A DNA stretch of 64,000 nt from an uncultured Methanosarcinales archaeon (GTDB taxonomy: Archaea > Nanobdellota > Nanobdellia > Woesearchaeales > DSVV01). The stretch covers positions 2,124-66,123 of the forward strand of contig CAZQHZ010000001.1 of the NCBI GenBank assembly GCA_964593285.1, given 5' to 3'. The position numbers and the translations under genes are program-made. The notes under the pieces were generated by a model. The model was not told the DNA's origin. It did not search any database and worked only from the letters and a program-made list of their open reading frames with translations. Positions 20,773 through 28,748 of the stretch are shown here, one piece after another (position 1 is the first letter of the stretch; each line of letters begins with the position of its first letter).

Positions 20773-20788
20773 CCACAAGATATAGTGT
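20773..20788. promoter_or_regulatory. NrdR-box-like palindrome (distal), centre 32 bp from the proximal box
   Basis: CCACAAGATATAGTGT matches the NrdR-box consensus at 14/16 positions; centre-to-centre distance to the proximal box is 32 bp, the spacing of tandem bacterial NrdR boxes. Confidence 0.45.
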
Positions 20789-20942
20789 TTTTATGATTTA
20801 GCTGGTTTATATATTTTTCGTAATTTTAATATCTATTTATTAAAATATTTTCTAAAAAATCGAAAATATAAACTAAATATTTTTTATTTTTTTAAATTGT
20901 GATATCAAAAATTTTATAAATAAGATAATATATAATTAACAT

Positions 20943-23003
20943 ATGAATTATATGGATAAATATAAAACAATTGGAAATAATTCAAATAATTATTTTGATA
21001 ATCAACCACCAGAACAAAAAATAGAATCAAAAATTGGAATTAAAGATATCGGACAAACAGTAACTGAAGGAAGTAGATTTGGAACACTAATTAAAACTTC
21101 TATGGATGCAATTAAAAAAGGAACTAGTCAAATTGAACTTCAATTGGGCATGGGCGGTGGTGCTGAAAATGTTGGTGCTGAAAGTTATGGTAATGAAGCA
21201 CGGCAAGCTTTAAGAGAAGTTGCAAGAGCTAATCAAATTAATTTTAGTTCAGTTCACGCACCAACACAAATTGGAAATTTATCAGGGTTTGATCAAAGAC
21301 AAAATAATTTTAGTGATGAAATACGGGCAAGTAGTATTGATGAAATAAAAAAAGCGATTAAATTTGCAGCTGATGTTGGTGGAAAAGCTGTTGTTGTACA
21401 CACAGGTGAATTTCAGCGAGATATGAGTGAAGCACAGTGGAATCGAGAAATTGGTGATGGTGAAGATAAAGTCCACGAATTTTTAAGTTATCCATCAGAA
21501 AAAGAGCAGCAAGTTCATTATTTAGTTGATAAAAGAACAGGTAAATTAATAACAGATGTTAAAAAAAATCAAGTTGTATATGAACCAGTTTATAAAACAC
21601 TTGAAGGTAATGATCATATTTTTGTTGATAGAGATGGCAATCCAATTGCTCATGATGAATACGATAAACGTGTTCCACTATTAAATGAAGATAAAACAGG
21701 TGTTAAAGTTGAAAGACGAGATTTTGAGTATTATAGAAAATTAGCAGATGAATATAATAAAAATTTTTTAAAGAATGGAAAACCTAAAAAAACAGCTGCA
21801 CAAATGTTTATTGAATCAAAATTACACAATCAAATAATGCAAAATCAAGGTTGGGCAAACTATCGAAATGAAGATGTTACGCAAACTAATGCATTATTAG
21901 AGCAAATTGATAAAGACATAGAATTTGTTGAAAAAAATAATATAGATAATTTAAGTGAAGAACAAAAAATTAGTTATTTAAGCAGTCAAAAATATATAGA
22001 TTTAAATGATGAAGATATGAAAAAAATAAAAAATAATACGCCAATTAGAGAAATTTTAAAAGATAGATATGATAAATTTTTAAAAAAACGAGATTATTCA
22101 ATGGATATGAATTCATCATATGAAACATCTGCAAAAGAGACACAAGAAACAATAAAAAATATCATGTCTGTTGAAAATTATGCAAAAGAAAAATCATTGA
22201 ATTCATATGCAGAACTTGGACTTTATGCAATGGAGGAAAGCAGTAGAAAAGATGTAAAAGATTCTGTTTTTGTTGCACCAGAAAATATTTTTCCAGAAAT
22301 GGGTTATGGAAGTCATCCTGAAGAATTAATAGAATTAGTAGAAGATGCAAGAAATAGAATGATAAAATTTTTAACAAATAAAAAAATTGAAGATCCAAAT
22401 GGTAGTGTTGATGAAAATGGTAATATAAAGATGATTAATAATCCATATTATCAAGGTATTAATGAAAAAGAAGCTGAAAAAAAAGCAAAAGAACACATAA
22501 AAGCAACTTTAGACACACAGCATGCTGGTATGTGGTGGAAGCATTTCCAGCCACTTCATGGTGAAACAACTGAGCAGAGGAAAAAAAGGTTTGATGAATG
22601 GTATTTGAAAATGATTGATAAAATGCATGAAAAAGATATAATTGGTAATATTCATTTAGTAGATGCAATAGGCGGGGGACATCATCATTTACCTGCAGGA
22701 CAAGGAAATTTACCTGTTGTAAAAGCTATGGAAAAATTGAAAGAAAAAGGTTTTAAAGGTTCAATAAATTCAGAAGCACATGGAGAAGAAGCTTTATTTG
22801 GTCCTGGAAGAATGCTTACAAAAACATGGGAGGCTTTTAATTCACCAATTTCTTTTTCAGATTATGGTATAAGTGCCCCAACACCTGCATTTGGTGATGT
22901 TTCAGGATTTTATGGTAATCATATTCAATCACCTTATTTTGCTTTTGGCTCATACGTTCCATCAAATGATTGGAGGCTTTGGAGCGAGGTACCCTTTGAA
23001 TAA
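20943..23003 (+). CDS. Xylose-isomerase-like TIM-barrel (sugar-phosphate isomerase/epimerase-like) protein with a ~380-aa internal insertion
   Basis: 686 aa; N-terminal segment (...SSVHAPTQIGN...EIKKAIKFAADVGGKAVVVHTGEF...) and C-terminal segment (...IGNIHLVDAIGGGHHHLPAGQGNLPVVKAMEKLKEKGF...) resemble halves of an AP-endonuclease-2/xylose-isomerase TIM barrel; the ~380 residues between have no recognisable domain. Confidence 0.45.
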   Translation: MNYMDKYKTIGNNSNNYFDNQPPEQKIESKIGIKDIGQTVTEGSRFGTLIKTSMDAIKKGTSQIELQLGMGGGAENVGAESYGNEARQALREVARANQINFSSVHAPTQIGNLSGFDQRQNNFSDEIRASSIDEIKKAIKFAADVGGKAVVVHTGEFQRDMSEAQWNREIGDGEDKVHEFLSYPSEKEQQVHYLVDKRTGKLITDVKKNQVVYEPVYKTLEGNDHIFVDRDGNPIAHDEYDKRVPLLNEDKTGVKVERRDFEYYRKLADEYNKNFLKNGKPKKTAAQMFIESKLHNQIMQNQGWANYRNEDVTQTNALLEQIDKDIEFVEKNNIDNLSEEQKISYLSSQKYIDLNDEDMKKIKNNTPIREILKDRYDKFLKKRDYSMDMNSSYETSAKETQETIKNIMSVENYAKEKSLNSYAELGLYAMEESSRKDVKDSVFVAPENIFPEMGYGSHPEELIELVEDARNRMIKFLTNKKIEDPNGSVDENGNIKMINNPYYQGINEKEAEKKAKEHIKATLDTQHAGMWWKHFQPLHGETTEQRKKRFDEWYLKMIDKMHEKDIIGNIHLVDAIGGGHHHLPAGQGNLPVVKAMEKLKEKGFKGSINSEAHGEEALFGPGRMLTKTWEAFNSPISFSDYGISAPTPAFGDVSGFYGNHIQSPYFAFGSYVPSNDWRLWSEVPFE

Positions 23004-23005
23004 AA

Positions 23006-23548
23006 ATGATTGAAAATTATAATAAAATAAAAACAATTTATGATGAATTTCATAAATTTTTAGAAAAAAATAATCGCTTGCCACTAAAAGATACAGGTAT
23101 TGGCTACTGGGGCGTTACTCCAATTGATGATGCTTTTTCATTTTTTCAAAAAATTAAGTTAAATAATTATAAAAATTTTTTAGATATCGGTTCTGGTGAT
23201 GGAAGGATGGTTTTACTTGCATCTTTATTTAATGTTATAAGTCATGGAATTGAATATGATGATGAATTAGTTTTTAATGCTCTTGATTTTAGACGAAAAT
23301 TAGGGGATGAATTTTTAAATAAAACAAAAATCTTAAAAAAAGATTTTTTAGAACATGACATGAGTTCTTATGATTTAATTTATATAAGCCCTGATAAACC
23401 TTTTTATCGAAGTAATTTAAATAATAAATTATTAAATGAGTTAAAGGGTAAGTTAATTGTTCATGGCTGGGAATTTTTCCCATCTAATTTAAAAGAAGTT
23501 GAAAGTCATGTAATTAATGGTGAGAAATTTACAATTTATGAAAAATAA
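23006..23548 (+). CDS. Small class I SAM-dependent methyltransferase
   Basis: 180 aa; motif I FLDIGSGDGRMVLLAS; starts 2 nt after the upstream stop. Confidence 0.6.
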   Translation: MIENYNKIKTIYDEFHKFLEKNNRLPLKDTGIGYWGVTPIDDAFSFFQKIKLNNYKNFLDIGSGDGRMVLLASLFNVISHGIEYDDELVFNALDFRRKLGDEFLNKTKILKKDFLEHDMSSYDLIYISPDKPFYRSNLNNKLLNELKGKLIVHGWEFFPSNLKEVESHVINGEKFTIYEK

Positions 23549-23570
23549 TTTAATTGTAATTTTTTATAAT

Positions 23571-25976
23571 TTATTTCTCAAAAGAATATTGATTACCATA
23601 CTCAATTTCTTTAATTTTGTGTGTTATCAAAAAATCTTTTTCTATTTCTTTTAATTCTTCTTTTACTTTAGCTTTTGATAATTCAGATTTTAATGATAAT
23701 TGATTATCTTTTTTAAATTTCCAAATTAATGAATTAGCATCAATTATTGTTTCTGTATTTATTTTATTTGGTTTAATTTCTGTTTTTTTTGGAAAATTTA
23801 TTTTATGAATATTTTCATTATATAATGCATTATATAATTTATAAGTTAATATAGGTAAAACAGGTGCCCATAATTTTAACATAGTTTTTAACACTTTATT
23901 TAATGTATAAATTGCTGCATTTTGATTTTCTTTTTTAAATAAATTATCTTCATTATAAGCTCTTGATTTTACTAATTCAAGGTAGTGTGATGCAAATATT
24001 TCAACAATAAAATGTCTTATTGCTTTTGCTGGATTATTAAAATCATATTTTTTATAGCATTTTTTTGATAATTTTATTAATTTATCAGTTTCATTTAAAA
24101 TCCATTTATCAATTTCAAACAATTCATAATCTTTTTCTGTATCATTAGTGTATTGAAATGTTGAAATAAATCGTGCAACATTCCAAATTTTTGTTAAAGT
24201 TTTAGAATGCCCTTTCATTCTCTCAAGACTACATCGTAAATCAATTTCATGAATATTTCCTTCAAGTACTGCCCATAATCTAAAAGCTTCAGCACCATGT
24301 TCTTTAATTATAACTTGTGGGTCTATCCCATTACCTAAAGATTTTGAAAATTTATTTCCTTTTTCATCAACAACATGATGATGTATCCATACATCTTTGA
24401 AAATTGGTTTTTGTATTAAATGATATGCTCTAAGTAAACTATAATAAAGCCAAGTTCTAACAATTTCTTTACCTTGAGGTCTAAGTGAACATTGTTTTAC
24501 TTTGCTGAAAAATTCTTTATTTTCTGAATATTTTAAATTAAAAAAAGGTGAAATTGATGAATCAAACCATGTATCAAAGACTCTTTCTTCTCCAATCCAT
24601 TCATTTGAATTACATTTTGGACATTTTGTTATAGGACATTCATCTCTCCAAGGCTGCCAGTATTTTCCTTTATTTGGAGCGCACACTGTATGATTACAAT
24701 TTTTACAATGCCATAAAGGTATTTCTGTTGAATAAAATCTTCTTCTAGAAACTGGCCAATCAATATTAATTTCATTAATCCAATCAAGTAAAATATGTTT
24801 TGATTTAGGGTCATAAAAATTCATTTCATCTGCAATTTTTCTAATATCATCTTTAAATTCAATTTGTTTTACATACAATTCTTCCATTTCAATGAATTCT
24901 ATTGGTGCTTTACTTCTCTCACATATTGGAGTTCTGTGCATACACTCTTTTATTGATTCAACTAAATTAAGTTTTTCTAATTCTTCAATCATTGTATTTC
25001 TTGCATTTTTTACATATTGACCTTCTAGAAAACCTGCATTTTCATTCATTTTACCATTTATGTCAATAGAAATAATTGGTTTTATATTTTGTTCTCTAAA
25101 AAACCTAATGTCTGTATTATCTCCTGCAGAACACATCATAACTAAACCTGTTCCTTTATCAATCTTAGCATCAGTATGTGGTTTAATTGGAACTACTTTA
25201 TTGTAAATTGGAAGTATTGCATGTTTTCCTTTTAAATGTTTATATCTTTCATCTTCTGGGTTATATATAACCATACCACAGCTTGCAATTAACTCAGGTC
25301 TTGTAGTTCCAATAATTATTTCTTCATTTGTTTCTTTTACTTTCCATTTAACATTTACAAATTGTGATTTTAATTCTGCATATTCAATTTCAGAATCTGC
25401 AATGGTTGTTTTTAGCCCTGGTGAATAATTATTTATTCTTTTATCAAAATAAACTAAATTTTTATTCCAAATATCAATAAATGTATCTTGAGTTAGTGTT
25501 CTATATTTAATAGAATCAGTCATATATGCTTCTCCTAATTCTCCTGTTTCAAATTCCCATGAGTTAAAAGAACATCCTAAATCTTGAAAGCTTTTAATTG
25601 ATTCAAGACTTGTTTCTTTTAAAATTTCTTTACAATATTCAATAGCTTTTTCTCTTTTAATTTCATGTAATTTTACTTTAAATTTTTTTTCAGCAGCAAC
25701 TTCAATTGGAAGACCATTTCTATCAAGACCTAGTGGAAAAATAACTTGTTTTCCAAGCATTCTATTAAATCTTGCAAACATATCTTGCATTACATAAGTA
25801 GCTGCATGACCTATATGGATTGGTGCATTAATATATGGTGGCGGGGTATCTATAATATAAAATTCTTTATCTGAATTAATATCAACTTTATTTTCTTTGT
25901 CATCACGCCATTTTTGTGTAATTTCTTGTTCAAACGATTTATTCCATTTTTTTTCATTAATTTTTGGTTCTGCCAT
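23571..25976 (-). CDS. valS: Class I aminoacyl-tRNA synthetase with editing domain, most likely valyl-tRNA synthetase (LeuRS not excluded)
   Basis: 801 aa; HIGH region IIDTPPPYINAPIHIGHAATY..., editing-domain TTRPE (IIIGTTRPELIAS), KMSKS variant NKFSKSLGN, and a Cys cluster (CKNCNHTVCAPNKGKYWQPWRDECPITKCPKCN). The PPPY plus TTRPE pattern favours ValRS. Confidence 0.55.
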   Translation of the reverse strand: MAEPKINEKKWNKSFEQEITQKWRDDKENKVDINSDKEFYIIDTPPPYINAPIHIGHAATYVMQDMFARFNRMLGKQVIFPLGLDRNGLPIEVAAEKKFKVKLHEIKREKAIEYCKEILKETSLESIKSFQDLGCSFNSWEFETGELGEAYMTDSIKYRTLTQDTFIDIWNKNLVYFDKRINNYSPGLKTTIADSEIEYAELKSQFVNVKWKVKETNEEIIIGTTRPELIASCGMVIYNPEDERYKHLKGKHAILPIYNKVVPIKPHTDAKIDKGTGLVMMCSAGDNTDIRFFREQNIKPIISIDINGKMNENAGFLEGQYVKNARNTMIEELEKLNLVESIKECMHRTPICERSKAPIEFIEMEELYVKQIEFKDDIRKIADEMNFYDPKSKHILLDWINEINIDWPVSRRRFYSTEIPLWHCKNCNHTVCAPNKGKYWQPWRDECPITKCPKCNSNEWIGEERVFDTWFDSSISPFFNLKYSENKEFFSKVKQCSLRPQGKEIVRTWLYYSLLRAYHLIQKPIFKDVWIHHHVVDEKGNKFSKSLGNGIDPQVIIKEHGAEAFRLWAVLEGNIHEIDLRCSLERMKGHSKTLTKIWNVARFISTFQYTNDTEKDYELFEIDKWILNETDKLIKLSKKCYKKYDFNNPAKAIRHFIVEIFASHYLELVKSRAYNEDNLFKKENQNAAIYTLNKVLKTMLKLWAPVLPILTYKLYNALYNENIHKINFPKKTEIKPNKINTETIIDANSLIWKFKKDNQLSLKSELSKAKVKEELKEIEKDFLITHKIKEIEYGNQYSFEK

Positions 25977-26090
25977 TAAAAAATGATAATTAATTCTTTC
26001 TTATAAGCTTTTTGATTTTTTTATTGCAGAAATTTCGGAATTTTGTGTGTTAAATAATTTTAGTAAATTTTTAAGTTGAAAAATTTTATT

Positions 26091-26897
26091 CTAAAATCTA
26101 TGTCTTTTTTCACCTATTAAAAACAAACCAATTATGGTATAAATAATAAATAATCCTAAATGAATATAATATGTATTAATAATTAATAAATTAAAAGGTT
26201 CTATTATTAAATACATTGTAGATGCATAAATAACTATAAATAATAATTTTTTGTTTGTAATTTTAAATTTTGTTAGCAAAGATAATATTTTAATTAAAAT
26301 AAAAATTAATAATATTAATAAAATTACTTTAATTAAAATAAAAAAAGTAATAAATATGCTAATAATTGGTATAAAAACAATAGTTAAAAAAATAATTAAA
26401 CTATTAATTTCATCTTTAAAATTTAATATATCTTTTAATTCATTTGTTTTAATTTCTTTATGTTTATTATTAAAAATACAAAGAGCTGGAATTATAAGGC
26501 ACTCTTTTTTTTTAAATGCAATTTTTTCATTACTAATAAACATAAATTCACCTGAATAATTTCCTTGTTGTGTAATTTTAACATTATCATTTAATAAATA
26601 AATATCTTCAGTTAAATTCATGTTAATATCTATGCTTAGATTATTAAAATAATTTAATCTATCATCTAAAGAATTAATAAATAAAAAGGATTTTACAATT
26701 AATAAAATATTTATCAATAAAAAAATTAAAAGAATTAATGAAAAAAAATATTTTGCTATATCTTTTATTCTTTTATCAGTAAATTTATGATAGTTATCTG
26801 GATATAATGAAAGAAAAAATATTTTTATGAATATTAAAACAGATTTTAAAAAAGGAACTTTTTCATCTTTTAATTTAATTTCTTCTTTTTTTCTCAT
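26091..26897 (-). CDS. Hypothetical polytopic membrane protein
   Basis: 268 aa with multiple hydrophobic helices and an Asn-rich loop; no family motif. Confidence 0.4.
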   Translation of the reverse strand: MRKKEEIKLKDEKVPFLKSVLIFIKIFFLSLYPDNYHKFTDKRIKDIAKYFFSLILLIFLLINILLIVKSFLFINSLDDRLNYFNNLSIDINMNLTEDIYLLNDNVKITQQGNYSGEFMFISNEKIAFKKKECLIIPALCIFNNKHKEIKTNELKDILNFKDEINSLIIFLTIVFIPIISIFITFFILIKVILLILLIFILIKILSLLTKFKITNKKLLFIVIYASTMYLIIEPFNLLIINTYYIHLGLFIIYTIIGLFLIGEKRHRF

Positions 26898-26926
26898 CTT
26901 TTAATATAAATTAATGATTGTTATTT

Positions 26927-27022
26927 TTATATTTTGTTATAGTTTAGTTTATCTTTTGTTAATATCAAAAAAATTATATCTTTTTCTTCTTCAATTATTT
27001 TTAATTTTCCTTCATTAAATAT
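26927..27022 (-). pseudogene. Remnant of a methyltransferase-gene 3' end (about 31 codons homologous to the C-terminus of the 28181..28699 methyltransferase)
   Basis: Minus-strand translation IFNEGKLKIIEEEKDIIFLILTKDKLNYNKI* parallels the MTase C-terminus IFNERNFKIIEEEKDIIVLILTKNKINLKLIF*. A stop occurs immediately upstream in that frame, so only the tail is present; the HEPN-like gene's last codons overlap it in another frame. Confidence 0.5.
26954..27019. repeat. Direct repeat copy A (66 bp, ~90% identical to 28203..28268)
   Basis: ttttgttaatatcaaaaaaattatatctttttcttcttcaattatttttaattttccttcattaaa compared with copy B ttttgtcaatattaaaacaattatgtctttttcttcttcaattattttaaaatttctttcattaaa. Confidence 0.75.
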
Positions 27023-27492
27023 CTCTTTATAAAATTATTTCTTATATTATTTATCTCTTCTATTCTAATTAAATCTATTTTTTCAAGAATTTTTATATTA
27101 AATTTTTCAGCAATATCAATTCCTATTTTTACATCTTCTTTAGTAGATTTAAAATCAATATAATATTGTTTATCTAATCTTTCTTTTTTTGATTCTTTAA
27201 TTTCTTTATTCTCAAAATCAAATAATTCTTTTAATAATATTATTGAACCAGTATGATTTTGACTTTTAATACCACATTTAAATAATAAAGCTAAAAGAGA
27301 ATAATACATCGAATAATAAGTTAAAGCAGTAGCATCATCAAAATTACCAATTTTATAAAGTGTTTTTGATGATGTTAAAGATTTTGATGATTTATCTAAA
27401 TATGATTCACAAATTTCAAGGCTTGGTTCAACTAATTTTATTTTATTTTCTATTATTAATTTTTTAATGAATTGATTCATAAAATTTTTCAA
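27001..27492 (-). CDS. HEPN-like domain protein, putative toxin partner of the upstream nucleotidyltransferase
   Basis: 163 aa, all-helical; overlaps the MNT gene by 29 nt in the standard MNT-then-HEPN order; the canonical Rx4-6H motif is not clear (closest is KSQNHTGS), so the HEPN assignment rests mainly on context. Confidence 0.45.
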   Translation of the reverse strand: MKNFMNQFIKKLIIENKIKLVEPSLEICESYLDKSSKSLTSSKTLYKIGNFDDATALTYYSMYYSLLALLFKCGIKSQNHTGSIILLKELFDFENKEIKESKKERLDKQYYIDFKSTKEDVKIGIDIAEKFNIKILEKIDLIRIEEINNIRNNFIKRYLMKEN

Positions 27493-28202
27493 CTCCTTTA
27501 ATTATTACATGATTTTTTATAATTTCTTTAATTAATAAATTATTTTTATCAAATTCACCTGTTTTTATACTTAATTTTGTGTCTAATAAACTTAATTTTT
27601 TTTTATATTTGCTTTCATTAATATATAAATCGATGTCGCTATCATTTGTATTAGTATTTTTTGTATATGAACCAAAAATTATTGCAATTTCTAAATTTAA
27701 TTTTTTGATTTCATTAATAATTTTTCTTAATCTTGGATTATTTTTTATTAAATTTATTAATTTATAATGTTCCATCATCATTAATTTTTCTTTAGCTTCA
27801 ATTGAATCTTTTATAAAATATACTTTATTTTTACCTTCTTTTTTGAAATCAACTATATTTTGGTTTTCTAATTCTTTTATTTTTCGAGATATGGTCATAT
27901 GATTAATATTTAATATGTTAGATAATGATCTAATATGGTTATTTCTTTTAAATAATTCTTGTAATATATTGTAACTTATTTGTTCCATATGTAACAAATA
28001 TTGTCCAATAATATATAAAGTTTTCTATTTTTTTAAAAATATAAACAAAACAATTTAATAAATTAAACTAATGAAATGTAGAATAATTTTCGATTATTTT
28101 AAAAATATTTATTTATCAATTCAAAAAAAGCATATTTTTTCAATTTTTTTGAAAAGTATTTTTATTATAATGATATGTATTTAAAATATTAATTTAAGGT
28201 TT
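27020..28202 (-). mobile_element. Putative inserted MNT/HEPN-like cassette bounded by 66-bp direct repeats (no integrase or transposase seen)
   Basis: Two-gene TA-like module flanked by imperfect direct repeats derived from a gene 3' end, plus a displaced gene-tail remnant on the far side; this pattern resembles site-specific integration at gene 3' ends. No recombinase is encoded, so this is an inferred insertion, not a demonstrated mobile element. Confidence 0.3.
27464..27997 (-). CDS. Minimal nucleotidyltransferase (MNT, pol-beta superfamily) with N-terminal winged-helix DNA-binding domain, putative antitoxin
   Basis: 177 aa; N-terminal wHTH (...ILNINHMTISRKIKELENQNIV...) followed by the NTase signature IIFGSYTKNTNTNDSDIDLYI (hG[GS]x9-13DhD). 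Confidence 0.7.
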   Translation of the reverse strand: MLHMEQISYNILQELFKRNNHIRSLSNILNINHMTISRKIKELENQNIVDFKKEGKNKVYFIKDSIEAKEKLMMMEHYKLINLIKNNPRLRKIINEIKKLNLEIAIIFGSYTKNTNTNDSDIDLYINESKYKKKLSLLDTKLSIKTGEFDKNNLLIKEIIKNHVIIKGVEKFYESIH

Positions 28203-28699
28203 ATTTTATTTTTTGTCAATATTAAAACAATTATGTCTTTTTCTTCTTCAATTATTTTAAAATTTCTTTCATTAAAAATTTCTTTAATTAACCCCAATAT
28301 CAATTCTTTTTTTGGTGATTTTTTTAAGAAAGTTAATACAAAGTTTTCTTTTCCAACTCTTTTAATTTCAACTAAACCTTTTTTTATATTAGAAAAATTT
28401 TGTATAGCAGTAATTGAAACAACTATATCAAAAAAATTATCTTTAAACGGAATTTTTTCAGCTTGTCCTAATTTATATGTAGGTCCAGGATGCGCTCTTT
28501 CTAATAATTTTTTTGCAGGATCAATTCCAAATCTAATACAATTCCATGGAATTGTAGTAATTCCAGTGCCACATCCAACATCTAATAATTTATCATTTTT
28601 TGATATTTTTAGGTATTGTTTAATTAAAGCAATCTTTTTTTCTTGCTCTTCTCTATGAAGTTCTTCATAACCTTCTGAAATTTCATCATAATAATTCAT
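28181..28699 (-). CDS. Small class I SAM-dependent methyltransferase
   Basis: 172 aa; motif I LLDVGCGTGITT; its last ~22 codons lie in direct-repeat copy B. Confidence 0.7.
   Translation of the reverse strand: MNYYDEISEGYEELHREEQEKKIALIKQYLKISKNDKLLDVGCGTGITTIPWNCIRFGIDPAKKLLERAHPGPTYKLGQAEKIPFKDNFFDIVVSITAIQNFSNIKKGLVEIKRVGKENFVLTFLKKSPKKELILGLIKEIFNERNFKIIEEEKDIIVLILTKNKINLKLIF
28203..28268. repeat. Direct repeat copy B (66 bp) at the 3' end of the methyltransferase gene
   Basis: See copy A; the ~1.18-kb segment between the two copies contains only the MNT/HEPN-like pair and its upstream region. Confidence 0.75.
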
Positions 28700-28748
28700 A
28701 GCAATAAAAAAGAATAAGAAATATAAAAATATTTAGAAAATTAAAAAA

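Noticed and set aside
20943-23003. Intein in the TIM-barrel protein
   Set aside because: No Cys/Ser/Thr at the putative N-splice junction with a downstream block-B TxxH, and no terminal His-Asn followed by Cys/Ser/Thr; the insert composition (acidic, Lys-rich) is not intein-like.
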